Part shown: one piece after another, positions 30,764-40,029 of the stretch
Numbering within the stretch: position 1 is the stretch's first letter
Layout: every line of letters starts with the position of its first letter
From: Gammaproteobacteria bacterium
Lineage (GTDB): Bacteria > Pseudomonadota > Gammaproteobacteria > Eutrophobiales > Eutrophobiaceae
DNA: 64,000 bases
Assembly: GCA_965202915.1 (NCBI GenBank)
Contig: OZ241847.1
Location: 1,665,972 to 1,729,971 of the forward strand
Reading direction: 5' to 3'
Translations under genes and position numbers: made by a program
Notes under the pieces: generated by a model
Seen by the model: only the letters and a program-made list of their open reading frames with translations
What the model was told of the DNA's origin: nothing
The model's database searches: none

Positions 30764-33085
30764 TTGCCGTCATCTTCACAGGGGGGCAAACCGCATTCGG
30801 AGCAGATTCTAAACGCTATTGTTATGCCCAAATCACTGAACCTCGATCTCGAACAACCGGAAAAACAGCCCCTGCATGAATTTGCCGAGCAGGCTTATCT
30901 GGATTATTCCATGTACGTCATTCTGGACCGGGCGATCCCCGCCATCGGTGACGGTCTTAAACCGGTGCAGCGCCGGATCATTTATGCCATGTCCGAATTG
31001 GGCCTAAAGGCGACCGCAAAATATAAAAAATCCGCCCGTACCATCGGCGACGTGATCGGTAAATTTCATCCCCACGGCGATGCCGCCTGTTATGAATCGA
31101 TGGTATTAATGGCGCAGGATTTTTCCTGCCGTTATCCATTGATCGATGGTCAGGGTAATTGGGGGTCCATGGATGATCCCAGGTCCTTTGCCGCAATGCG
31201 TTATACCGAGTCAAAACTGACCGCCTATGCCGACCTGTTGATGAGCGAGGTCGGCCAGGGTACGGTCGACTGGATGCCGAATTTTGACGGCACCCTGCGG
31301 GAACCGCAATTACTGCCGGCGCGCTTGCCCAATATCCTGTTAAACGGATCGGCGGGCATTGCGGTGGGCATGGCCACCAATATTCCGCCGCATAACCTGC
31401 GCGAGGTCGCGGCCGCCTGCATCCATTTGCTGGACTCGCCCAGGGCCACGGTTGAAGAACTCTGTGAATATATCAAAGCCCCTGATTTTCCCACCAACGC
31501 CGAAATCATTACCCCGGTCGAGGAGCTTTTGGAGATCTATAAAAGCGGCGGCGGCTCAGTCAAAATGCGGGCCGTGTGGCAGCGGGAGGACGATAATATT
31601 ATTATCACCGCGTTGCCGTACCAGAGTGCCGGCGGTCGGGTGTTGGAACAGATAGCCGCGCAAATGCAGGCGAAAAAACTGCCGATGCTGGCCGATCTGC
31701 GAGATGAATCCGATCATGAGAACCCCACCCGGCTGGTGTTGATCCCCCGTTCCGGCCGATTCGACCCGGATAAATTGATGTCGCATCTGTTTGCCACCAC
31801 CGATCTGGAGAAAAGCAGCCGGGTTAATCTGAATATCATCGGCATCAATGGCCGGCCACGGGTAAAAGACCTGGCGACGATCCTCAGGGAATGGTTGCAA
31901 TATCGGCTGGCGACGGTCAGACGCCGCCTGCAGCATCGCCTGGACAGCATAGAGGCACAACTGCATATATTGGCGGGCCTGATGATCGCCTATCTGAACC
32001 TGGACGCGATCATTGCGATAATACGGGAACAGGAGAACCCGAAATTAATACTGCGGCGGCAGTTTGCACTCAGCGACCGGCAGGCCGAGGCGATACTGGA
32101 ATTAAAATTACGCAAACTGGCCCGATTGGAGGAGCTCAAACTCAAGGGCGAACTCGATAAACTTGAGGCCGAACGCCGCTCATTGCAGCAGATTCTCGGC
32201 TCCCGGCGGCGGCTCAATACATTGATCAAACGAGAGTTACAGGCGGACGCGAAAACCTTTGGCGATGACAGACTATCACCATTGAAGCAAAGACGGGAAG
32301 CCAGGGCCATCGACCCGGTAAGCCTGGTGCCCACCGAACCGATCACCGTTATTCTTTCAAAAAAAGGCTGGATCAGGGCCGCAAAGGGCCATAACATCGA
32401 TCCGCTGGCATTGAATTATCGCAGTGGTGACGGCCTCCGGCAGACCAGCGCCGGCAGAAGTAATCAAAACGTTTTATTGCTGGATTCCACCGGCCGCTGC
32501 TATTCCCTGCCGGCACATTCCCTGGCCTCCGCACGCGGTCTGGGTGAACCGGTTTCAGGACGGTTGATGCCGCCGGATGGCGCGGTATTTATCGGCGTGA
32601 TGACCGGCGATCCCGAGGCCATGTATTTGCTGGCCTCGGACGCCGGCTATGGTTTTGTTGCAACCCTGGCGGCGCTGCATACCAGGAATAAAAACGGCAA
32701 GGCGGTGATCACCGTGCCGGCAGGGGCAAAGCTGCTTTGCCCGGCGGGGGTTGACGACGTGGAAACCGGTCGAGTGGCGGTAGTCAGCTCAATCGGGCGG
32801 TTGCTGATTTTTCCAATCGCTGAATTACCGGTATTGTCGAAGGGCAAGGGCCTGAAGATCATTCAAATTCCGCCGCAAAAATTGAAGACAGGAGCGGAAC
32901 GGGTCGCCGCAATCACCGCCCTTGGCCACGCCGATGATCTGATCATTCACTCAGGCCAGAGATATATGACCCTCAGGCGGCGCGATCAGGAATACTATCT
33001 TGGCCGCCGCGGACGCCGAGGCAACACCCTGCCGCAGGGGTTTCGCAACGTCGCCCGGTTAAAGGCCGGCGGGGTCGATACGTGA
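30764..33085 (+). CDS. parC: DNA topoisomerase IV subunit A.
   Basis: 773 aa. The N-terminus [45 protein letters not shown] matches E. coli ParC. Confidence 0.9.
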   Translation: MPSSSQGGKPHSEQILNAIVMPKSLNLDLEQPEKQPLHEFAEQAYLDYSMYVILDRAIPAIGDGLKPVQRRIIYAMSELGLKATAKYKKSARTIGDVIGKFHPHGDAACYESMVLMAQDFSCRYPLIDGQGNWGSMDDPRSFAAMRYTESKLTAYADLLMSEVGQGTVDWMPNFDGTLREPQLLPARLPNILLNGSAGIAVGMATNIPPHNLREVAAACIHLLDSPRATVEELCEYIKAPDFPTNAEIITPVEELLEIYKSGGGSVKMRAVWQREDDNIIITALPYQSAGGRVLEQIAAQMQAKKLPMLADLRDESDHENPTRLVLIPRSGRFDPDKLMSHLFATTDLEKSSRVNLNIIGINGRPRVKDLATILREWLQYRLATVRRRLQHRLDSIEAQLHILAGLMIAYLNLDAIIAIIREQENPKLILRRQFALSDRQAEAILELKLRKLARLEELKLKGELDKLEAERRSLQQILGSRRRLNTLIKRELQADAKTFGDDRLSPLKQRREARAIDPVSLVPTEPITVILSKKGWIRAAKGHNIDPLALNYRSGDGLRQTSAGRSNQNVLLLDSTGRCYSLPAHSLASARGLGEPVSGRLMPPDGAVFIGVMTGDPEAMYLLASDAGYGFVATLAALHTRNKNGKAVITVPAGAKLLCPAGVDDVETGRVAVVSSIGRLLIFPIAELPVLSKGKGLKIIQIPPQKLKTGAERVAAITALGHADDLIIHSGQRYMTLRRRDQEYYLGRRGRRGNTLPQGFRNVARLKAGGVDT

Positions 33086-33426
33086 ACGGCGGTTGCGTCG
33101 GAAGACGACCCTTGCCAGGCGGTGAATCTGCACATCCTATGACCACTTGCACACCGCCTATAACCACGAACATCGTAAAGCACGGCACAAAGGCGTATAT
33201 GAATGGAATGGCTCACACAAACGGCATTGAGAGTGTCTGGGCGATGCTGAAAAGAGGGATTTACGGCACCTATCACCATGTCAGCAAAAAGCACCTTAAC
33301 CGCTATATTGACGAGTTCATATTCCATTTGAATGAGGGAAACGTCAATGTCTTGCTGGTAAGCCGTATCGCTTCGTTGAGTTGTATGAGCGCAGGCATGC
33401 CCTATAAGCCACTGCTCAGGGGATGA
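33082..33426 (+). mobile_element. IS1595-family (ISXO2-like) transposase C-terminal remnant.
   Basis: ...HTNGIESVWAMLKRGIYGTYHHVSKKHLNRYIDEFIFHLNEGNV... matches the C-terminal DDE-region tail of IS1595-family transposases. The N-terminal ~250 aa are absent, and the fragment abuts the parC stop codon. Confidence 0.65.
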
Positions 33427-34343
33427 GCACAATGCCAAGTCTCAATGCTATTGCGGCTAGTTGTTCAAAGTCCATATTCCAGTCACGCATTATCACCGGC
33501 GATGTTCTGAAAACACTGAAAAACCAGCCCTTTAATCTGAAGTTTGATGTAGTAATTGCCGACCCGCCGTATAACATTGGCAAGGATTTTGGGAACAACA
33601 ACGATAGCCTACCTATTGACGATTATGTCGACTGGTGCAACCAATGGCTAGAGCAATGCTTTCGCCTGTTGACCGATAATGGATTGGTCTATGTGTACGG
33701 GTTCCACGAGGTTTTAGCGCGTATTGCAGTAAATTATCCGGTGGATGAGCAACGCTGGCTGGCGTGGCATTACACTAACAAAGCAGTGCCATCCTCAAAG
33801 TTCTGGCAACGATCCCACGAGGCAATCCTGTGCCTGTGGAAACCGGGGACCAAGCGGCCAATATTGGAAATTGACCAAATCCGAGAACCATACACACCCA
33901 ATTTCCTCAAATGTGCTGGCAGGGAGAGAAACGACACAAAGGGCAGGTACAGCAAAAAAGGAAAAAAGACAATTTACAACGACAACGGCGGCGCACTTCC
34001 TCGTGATGTAATTGATATACCTGCATTAGCTGGCGGTGCTGGTCGGGTGGAGCGGTGGTTTTCATGCCGGGAATGTGGCGGAGAGGTGAGGCCGCCTAGT
34101 GAATTGGCAAATCATGCTGGCCACAGCATACTCAAACATCCTACTCAAAAACCAATGGAGTTGACTAGGCGGCTGATATTGTCCCGAATCAACGGCCGGC
34201 AGGGCCGCACCTTGATACCCTTCACAGGGTCAGGCTCCGAGTGTGTAGTTGCAAAATCGCTTGGAGTCGAGTTTCTTGGCATTGAAATCAATCCTGAATA
34301 CGCTAAATTCGGGCGCAGTTGGTTAAAGCAATGTACCACTTGA
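33423..34343 (+). CDS. Site-specific DNA methyltransferase (N4/N6 amino-MTase, beta class).
   Basis: 306 aa. DPPY (VVIADPPYNIG) lies upstream of motif I (IPFTGSGSECVVA). The HPTQKP motif and a Cys-rich insert are present. Confidence 0.85.
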   Translation: MSTMPSLNAIAASCSKSIFQSRIITGDVLKTLKNQPFNLKFDVVIADPPYNIGKDFGNNNDSLPIDDYVDWCNQWLEQCFRLLTDNGLVYVYGFHEVLARIAVNYPVDEQRWLAWHYTNKAVPSSKFWQRSHEAILCLWKPGTKRPILEIDQIREPYTPNFLKCAGRERNDTKGRYSKKGKKTIYNDNGGALPRDVIDIPALAGGAGRVERWFSCRECGGEVRPPSELANHAGHSILKHPTQKPMELTRRLILSRINGRQGRTLIPFTGSGSECVVAKSLGVEFLGIEINPEYAKFGRSWLKQCTT

Positions 34344-34921
34344 CTCCGCGAATGACGCAACGGCTCAAAGCGGACCTGGCCAAATACCACGATCTGTTCA
34401 CAGGAAAACGATGCGAGAGTTGGGAATTGGAAGAGTTGATTGTTGCAGCAATCAAATCAGACACGCAGGCACAGCATCATGTTCGTTGGCAGGAAAAGGG
34501 GCATGATGATCTCGCCGATATTGTCGTGCGGACGAATGGATCACAGCATTCAATTCAAATCAAATCCGGGCAGATAAAAGCAGGCAAGTTGATATTGTCT
34601 GGCCACAGATTGGGCCGATTCAATGGCGTAATGGATGATATTGGCGCATACCTCAATACGCCGAGAGCAAATATCATGGCGGTTCCGCACAGATTGATAG
34701 ATGATAGCAAAGGGCGCCAGCATATTTATCGCGTATGCTATGTGGATATTAAGATAATGACTGGCCTTGAGACCAATAAATGGGAAAAGCGGGGCGCGCA
34801 ATATGTCCAAACAAACGCGGGAGGTGTAGAGTTCTCTTTGCGGCCGTCTATGAGTTGGCAAATCTGGTGGGCTATACCCGTAAGCCTAATTGAACAAACC
34901 GATGAGTTTGTTATCGGCTAG
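34319..34921 (+). CDS. Putative type II restriction endonuclease (PD-(D/E)XK-like), cognate to the upstream MTase.
   Basis: 200 aa overlapping the MTase by 25 bp. A candidate catalytic core HDDLADIVVR...SIQIKSG (D...D...QxK) is present. The assignment rests mainly on context. Confidence 0.45.
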   Translation: MVKAMYHLTPRMTQRLKADLAKYHDLFTGKRCESWELEELIVAAIKSDTQAQHHVRWQEKGHDDLADIVVRTNGSQHSIQIKSGQIKAGKLILSGHRLGRFNGVMDDIGAYLNTPRANIMAVPHRLIDDSKGRQHIYRVCYVDIKIMTGLETNKWEKRGAQYVQTNAGGVEFSLRPSMSWQIWWAIPVSLIEQTDEFVIG

Positions 34922-34991
34922 TTTGTTTATTTCAGGGTATAATTCCCTAATATAGCCTCTTTTCCAGCCCATCTATATTTTAAAGAAAAAA

Positions 34992-35554
34992 ATGACGACC
35001 TTCAGCACCAATCAATTCAAACCCGGCTTAAAGCTGATGATAGACGGCGAGCCGTGCTCGATTATTGAAACCGAATTTATTAAATCCGGCAAGAGACAGG
35101 CGTTCAACCGGGTGAAATTGCGCAACCTGAAAAATGGCCGGGTACTGGAAAAAACCTGGAATTCGGGTGACAGTGTCGCCGCCGCGGACGTGATGGAACT
35201 GGATATGCAGTATCGGACGGCGGTCTGTGGCATTTTATGGATCCAGATTCATATGAACAATACGCCGCCACCGCAACCGTGATGACCGACGTCAGTCCCT
35301 GGCTGAAAGGCGGCGAAGTATGCCTGGTCACACTCTGGAATGACTCACTTTTATCCGTGCTGCCGCCGAATTTCGTGATGCTGGCAATAGCCGAAACCGA
35401 TCCGGGGCTGGTGGGAGATACCGTATCATCCGGCACAAAGCCGGCAAAATTGGAAACCGGCGCGATGATAAAAGTGCCGCTGTTTATTGACACCGGTGAA
35501 ATTGTCAAAATAGACACCCGCACCGGTGAATACGTTGGCCGCAGCAAATCCTAG
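34992..35554 (+). CDS. efp: Elongation factor P. Its frame is interrupted by an apparent 1-nt deletion near 35211-35216 (ORFs 34992..35282 and 35237..35554).
   Basis: The N-terminal part [46 protein letters not shown]...MQY and, in the -1 frame, [16 protein letters not shown]...[27 protein letters not shown] align collinearly with E. coli EF-P. The junction is TAT-CGG versus an expected TATTCG. Confidence 0.85.
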
Positions 35555-35595
35555 CGGTCACCGCCGCAGTTAGCCGCGTCGCAACAAACATTTTA

Positions 35596-35624
35596 TTGAC
35601 GTTTCGGTGCAATATGGCTATACT
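35596..35624 (+). promoter_or_regulatory. Strong candidate sigma70 promoter for the FG-GAP protein gene.
   Basis: TTGACG-N17-TATACT, followed by a direct repeat ttttggttaagat x2 and the RBS AGGAG before ATG 35742. Confidence 0.55.
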
Positions 35625-35741
35625 TTCAATGATTGGCCCGATAGGTGATTTACGGGGCTATTTCGGGACCATTTCGTTTTTGGTTAAGATTTTGGTTAAG
35701 ATATTACCCCTTACAACGCTTAGGATATACAGGAGCTTCAG

Positions 35742-36032
35742 ATGGGCAGCAAGGCAAAATTCAAGGGCGGCTTATTGCGCCCGGTATCGCTGACGACCGG
35801 GTTGCCGGTGCTCGGTGCCTTTGGCAGCAACCGGATTTACCGCAGCACTGAGCAAACCGACGCCGAGATCGACCCCGGAGCCGGGCTTATTTTGTCGCCG
35901 GACGCAACGACTGGATTGCCGGGGCAAGTTGAGGCGCTTATCCTGTCGGCAAACCCGGCCTCTGGTCCGCTGAGTTTTACCCCCCCCCCCCCCCCTCAAT
36001 CCCAAGCCAGGCCTAGCGTCACAGGCATATAG
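35742..36032 (+). CDS. 5' segment (96 codons) of the FG-GAP repeat protein gene, terminated by a frame shift at the poly-C tract.
   Basis: A good promoter and RBS sit upstream. The ORF runs into the C16 tract (coding TPPPPP) and stops 36 nt later. The downstream 1010-codon frame is open from 35974 through the same tract. Confidence 0.6.
   Translation: MGSKAKFKGGLLRPVSLTTGLPVLGAFGSNRIYRSTEQTDAEIDPGAGLILSPDATTGLPGQVEALILSANPASGPLSFTPPPPPQSQARPSVTGI
35980..35995 (+). repeat. Homopolymeric poly-C tract (16 nt) inside the coding region, a candidate slipped-strand phase-variation switch.
   Basis: C16 read directly from the sequence. C15 or C18 would fuse 35742..36032 with 36091..39123 into one ~1,126-codon ORF. 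Confidence 0.9.
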
Positions 36033-36090
36033 CCCCTCCGGGCACCTGGCCCTGTCCGCCAGTCTGCCGTACCTGCCGGCCGCGCAGTCG

Positions 36091-39000
36091 GTGGCACCAC
36101 CACCGCCGGTGACCCCGGCAAACCCGTTACCCCCGGCGTCCGCGCTTATCGACCAACAATCGCAGGCCTTTGAGCCGCTTGCACTGCACGCCACCGCAAC
36201 CGGGCCACAGCGGCCCGAAGTCGCATTTCAGACCGGCGCTGTATCCCTGGTCTCTCTGAACCTGAACCAACAGCAGGGTATAGAGGCGCAAGACGCACAA
36301 ATACTGTATTACGTCGCCCTGTCGCCGGCCAATTTGACGACCCTGCTGGACAATCTGAGGGGAACCGACGCCGAGGCGGATCTTATAACCCGTGCGAATG
36401 CCTGGCTGAACCAGGACCTGGGCCTGAGCACCCTGCCCGATCTGAACAATGACAATATCCTGAACCAGGAGGATGCACGCATCCTGTACTATGCCTATCG
36501 GTTTGGCGATCTGCTGCGCGTCAGTCCCAGCCTGCGCGAGGCAATACTGGGCGATCTGACCGACGAAGACGATAGTGCCGCCAATCCGGATGACGTATAT
36601 CGGGAGATACTGGACCGGACTGGGTTATTCAGGCCGTCGGTGATCGACCTGACCAGCCTTGGTGAGGCCGACGGCTTTATTATCCAGGGCGATGCGGCCA
36701 GGGACGGGGCGGGCGTGAGCGTATCCACTGTCGGCGACGTCAACGGCGACGGCTATGCCGATGTAATCGTCGGGGCGCGCGGTGGCGACGACGGTGGCAG
36801 GAATGCCGGCGAGGCCTACGTGGTATTTGGCAGGGCGGGCGCCTTTGGCAGCCTGGACGGCACCAACCGCCGGGTGATCGACCTGACCAGCCTTAGCGAG
36901 GCGGACGGTTTTATCATCCAGGGCTTGGGAGGCGACCAGGTGGGCGAGGGCATATCCGGCGCCGGCGACGTCAACGGCGACGGCTATGCCGACCTGATTG
37001 TTGGGGCGCACCTGGGTGACGACGGTGGCAGGAATGCCGGCGAGGCCTACGTGGTGTTTGGTAAGGCGGGCTTCTTTGGCAGCCTGGACGGCACCGACCG
37101 CCGGGTGATCGACCTGACCAGCCTTAGCGAGACGGACGGCTTTATTATCCAGGGCGACGCGGTCGGGGACCGTGCAGGCGAGCGCGTATCCGGCGCCGGG
37201 GACGTGAATGGCGACGGCTTTGCCGATCTGATCGTCGGGGCGCAGTCGGCCAACGACGGTGGTACCGATGCCGGCGAGGCCTACGTGGTGTTCGGCAGGG
37301 CGGGCCCCTTTGGCAGCTTGGACGGCACCAGCCGCCGGGTGATCGACCTGACCCGCCTTAGCGAGACGGACGGCTTTATTATCCAGGGCGACGCGGTCGG
37401 GGACCGTGCGGGCTGGAGCGTATCCGGCGCCGGGGACGTGAACGGTGACGGCTATGCCGACCTGATCGTCGGGGCGCTCTATGGCGACGACGGCGGGGAA
37501 AATGCCGGCGAGGCCTATGTCGTGTTCGGCAGAGCATCCGGCTTTGGCAGTGACGTCACCACCACAGTGGATGGGGAAGGCAGCTTCATCCGCCGGGTGA
37601 TCGACCTGACTGGTCTGAGCGAAGCCGATGGCTTTATCATCCAGGGCGATGAGGCCGGTGCCTATGCGGGCAATAGAGTTGGTGATACTGCGGGCTTTAG
37701 CGTATCCGGCGCCGGGGACGTGAACGGCGACGGCTATGCCGACCTGATTGTCGGGGCACGCCGGGGTGACGACGGTGACGACGTTGACGTCAATGCCGGC
37801 GAGGCCTACGTGGTGTTAGGCAAGGCGGGCGGCTTTGGTATTGACGTCACCACCACAGTTGAGAGGGAAGGCAGCTTCACCCGCCGGGTGATCGACCTGA
37901 CGAGCCTGGCCGCGGAGGACGGCTTTATCATCCAGGGCGATATGGCTGGGGACAATGCGGGCTTTAGCGTATCCACTGCCGGGGACTTCAACGGCGACGG
38001 CTTTGCCGACCTGATCGTCGGGGCACTTGGGGGCGACGACGGTGGGGAAAATGCCGGCGAGGCCTACGTGGTGTTCGGCAAGGCGGGCGGTTTTGGTATT
38101 GACGTCACCACCACAGTTGAGGGGGAAGGCAGCTTCACCCGCCGGGTGGTCGACCTGGATGGCCTGGTTGCAACGGACGGCTTTATTATCCAGGGTGATG
38201 CGCCTGGCGACTATGCGGGCTATAGCGTATCCGCTGCCGGCGATATAAACGGCGACGGCTATGCCGACCTGATCGTCGGAGCAATCAGGGGCGACGACGG
38301 TGACGACAGTGACATCAATGCCGGCGAGGCCTACGTGCTGTTCGGCGGCCTGGCCGCCGGCCTAAGTTCCGAGGCCACCGTATTACTCGGCACCGGCGGC
38401 AACGACGACCTCAACGTCGACGGCCGTGCCACGGTTGTACTCGCCGGCGCCGGCGATGACGTGCTGACCGTGGACGGCTTCACCAATACCGATCTGCTCA
38501 AATTCGATGGCGGCACCGGCACCGATACCCTGCGCTTCGCCAACCCCGACGCAGACACCGGCCTGAGCCTGGATTTAAGCACCCTCGCCGACACCCGCCT
38601 GAGCAGCATAGAGCGCATAGACCTCAGTGGCAGCGGCGACAATAGGCTAACCCTGATCCGTCTGGACCTGTTGAACCTGTCCGAGGCGCGCACTAATGGC
38701 CGCGCCGAGCTACGGGTCGACGGCAACGCCGGCGACCGCGTCAGCGCCACCGATACCGGCTGGACGCAGCAGGCTGATATCATCACCGACGACGGCATGT
38801 ACAGGGTCTTTGACAACGGCAATGCCCGCCTGCTGGTCAATATGGAGGTGGCGCTGGGCGACAATTTAATGGCGGCCAGCATGGCCAGCCGGGATGAGCT
38901 CCTGCAAAGCTGTTGCGGCACGCAGACCGTCGATATCCGCGCATTGCTGCAGGCCCTGCCGCCGCCGGACGAAGAGCAACAGCGCAGGATCATGGAAGAT

Positions 39001-39123
39001 GAATTGGCGATGTTGGGGCCGTCACCGGAGGCAAAGGCGGCGATGATGCCTGATGAACCCACGGCGGCACCGGAGACCGACCTGTTCGACCTGCCGCCGC
39101 TCATCCCGGATGATGGCATGTAG
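36091..39123 (+). CDS. Large FG-GAP (integrin-alpha-like beta-propeller) repeat protein with an N-terminal Pro-rich linker plus a dockerin-like module and a C-terminal Gly/Asp-rich region loosely reminiscent of RTX repeats. It is probably the distal part of the phase-variable gene starting at 35742.
   Basis: About 10 tandem ~72-aa repeats (RRVIDLTSLSEADGFIIQGD...GDVNGDGYADLIVGA...DGG.NAGEAYVVFG.AG.FG) match the FG-GAP consensus. The N-terminus carries a dockerin-like pair (LNLNQQQGIEAQDAQILYY..., DLNNDNILNQEDARILYYAYRF). The C-terminus has GGNDDLNVDG...AGAGDDVLTVDG...FDGGTGTDTLRF. Confidence 0.8.
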   Translation: MAPPPPVTPANPLPPASALIDQQSQAFEPLALHATATGPQRPEVAFQTGAVSLVSLNLNQQQGIEAQDAQILYYVALSPANLTTLLDNLRGTDAEADLITRANAWLNQDLGLSTLPDLNNDNILNQEDARILYYAYRFGDLLRVSPSLREAILGDLTDEDDSAANPDDVYREILDRTGLFRPSVIDLTSLGEADGFIIQGDAARDGAGVSVSTVGDVNGDGYADVIVGARGGDDGGRNAGEAYVVFGRAGAFGSLDGTNRRVIDLTSLSEADGFIIQGLGGDQVGEGISGAGDVNGDGYADLIVGAHLGDDGGRNAGEAYVVFGKAGFFGSLDGTDRRVIDLTSLSETDGFIIQGDAVGDRAGERVSGAGDVNGDGFADLIVGAQSANDGGTDAGEAYVVFGRAGPFGSLDGTSRRVIDLTRLSETDGFIIQGDAVGDRAGWSVSGAGDVNGDGYADLIVGALYGDDGGENAGEAYVVFGRASGFGSDVTTTVDGEGSFIRRVIDLTGLSEADGFIIQGDEAGAYAGNRVGDTAGFSVSGAGDVNGDGYADLIVGARRGDDGDDVDVNAGEAYVVLGKAGGFGIDVTTTVEREGSFTRRVIDLTSLAAEDGFIIQGDMAGDNAGFSVSTAGDFNGDGFADLIVGALGGDDGGENAGEAYVVFGKAGGFGIDVTTTVEGEGSFTRRVVDLDGLVATDGFIIQGDAPGDYAGYSVSAAGDINGDGYADLIVGAIRGDDGDDSDINAGEAYVLFGGLAAGLSSEATVLLGTGGNDDLNVDGRATVVLAGAGDDVLTVDGFTNTDLLKFDGGTGTDTLRFANPDADTGLSLDLSTLADTRLSSIERIDLSGSGDNRLTLIRLDLLNLSEARTNGRAELRVDGNAGDRVSATDTGWTQQADIITDDGMYRVFDNGNARLLVNMEVALGDNLMAASMASRDELLQSCCGTQTVDIRALLQALPPPDEEQQRRIMEDELAMLGPSPEAKAAMMPDEPTAAPETDLFDLPPLIPDDGM

Positions 39124-39131
39124 CCACCACC

Positions 39132-39424
39132 GGAGCCCGTGACTCCCGTCGCGGGTAAAACAACCCCCCCTGACAAGGGGGCAGGGGGGGTTCCCCCAAC
39201 ACCGGCACCTTACCCCAATCACCCCGGATTCCCAAACTGCACCGAGTCTTTGCCGAACAACACCAAACCACCCCAATTAACACCAAACCCCCCAACCCCC
39301 CTTGTCAGGGGGGCTACTGAGCGACACCGGCACCTTTCCCCCAACCAACACCGTGAGCGGGGCTGAGTTGCGGGTTGACGATAATGTTGATTGTTATATA
39401 CCCGCGACGGGAGTCACGGGCTCC
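39132..39424. mobile_element. MITE-like element copy A (293 bp) with 26-bp perfect terminal inverted repeats.
   Basis: ggagcccgtgactcccgtcgcgggta ... tacccgcgacgggagtcacgggctcc. The interior shares ~200 bp with copy B and carries C/G homopolymer hairpins. It begins 9 bp after the stop codon of the FG-GAP gene. Confidence 0.8.
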
Positions 39425-39580
39425 TGTGATGAGCGGTGCAGGCCTCTGCTGAACAATTTCATTTGATAACGGCGGGGCGTGGGTCTATACTGACTATATG
39501 AAAGATACGAGCATACCGGTAACACCCTGTGGCAAGTGGATGATAACTGTCGTCCCGTATAAATTATCCGGTACCTGAAT

Positions 39581-40027
39581 ATGGAAGCCATCGCATTTGA
39601 TACCCATAAATTTGTCAAGCACCTGACTGCATCGGGTTTCACCGAAGCGCAGGCGGAAGCCCTGGCCGGTGAGCAGGTCGATATGATTAACAGCAATCTG
39701 GCCACCAAGGCCGACATAGAGAAACTGCGCCTGGCCACCAAGGCCGACATAGAGAAACTGCGCCTGGCCACCAAGGCGGACATAGAGCAACTGCGCGCGG
39801 ACACCAGGGCGGACATTGCCGAGGTGAAGGCGGACATAGAGAAACTGCGCCTGGCCACCCAGGAGGACATAGAGAAACTGCGCCTGGCGACCCAGGCGAA
39901 CATAGAGCAACTGCGCGCGGACACCAGGGCGGACATTGCCAATACCGAATCAAGACTGACGCGCTGGATCGTTGGTGCGATGATTGCGCAGATCGGCGTG
40001 GTTGTCGGGTTGATTAAATTGAGTTGA
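39581..40027 (+). CDS. DUF1640-like coiled-coil protein with a C-terminal transmembrane helix and internal 11-aa tandem repeats.
   Basis: 148 aa. The N-terminus MEAIAFDTHKFVKHLTASGFTEAQAEALAG is followed by (LATKADIEKLR)n encoded by 33-nt tandem repeats (~39697-39950) and a C-terminal hydrophobic WIVGAMIAQIGVVVGLI. Confidence 0.6.
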   Translation: MEAIAFDTHKFVKHLTASGFTEAQAEALAGEQVDMINSNLATKADIEKLRLATKADIEKLRLATKADIEQLRADTRADIAEVKADIEKLRLATQEDIEKLRLATQANIEQLRADTRADIANTESRLTRWIVGAMIAQIGVVVGLIKLS

Positions 40028-40029
40028 CA

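Noticed and set aside
35980-35995. Poly-C simply encoding a poly-proline linker with no regulatory meaning.
   Set aside because: This is not fully rejected. A fixed Pro-linker would be expected to use mixed CCN codons and keep the frame, whereas here the tract is a pure homopolymer and the frame is broken. It is kept as a phase-variation candidate with a sequencing-error caveat.
36495-39176. Several antisense ORFs (36495..36743, 36625..37011, 37047..37253, 37806..37991, 38331..39176) inside the FG-GAP gene.
   Set aside because: They are antisense to a strongly supported repeat-protein CDS, and their Ser/Pro/Ala-rich composition is typical of GC-rich reverse frames.
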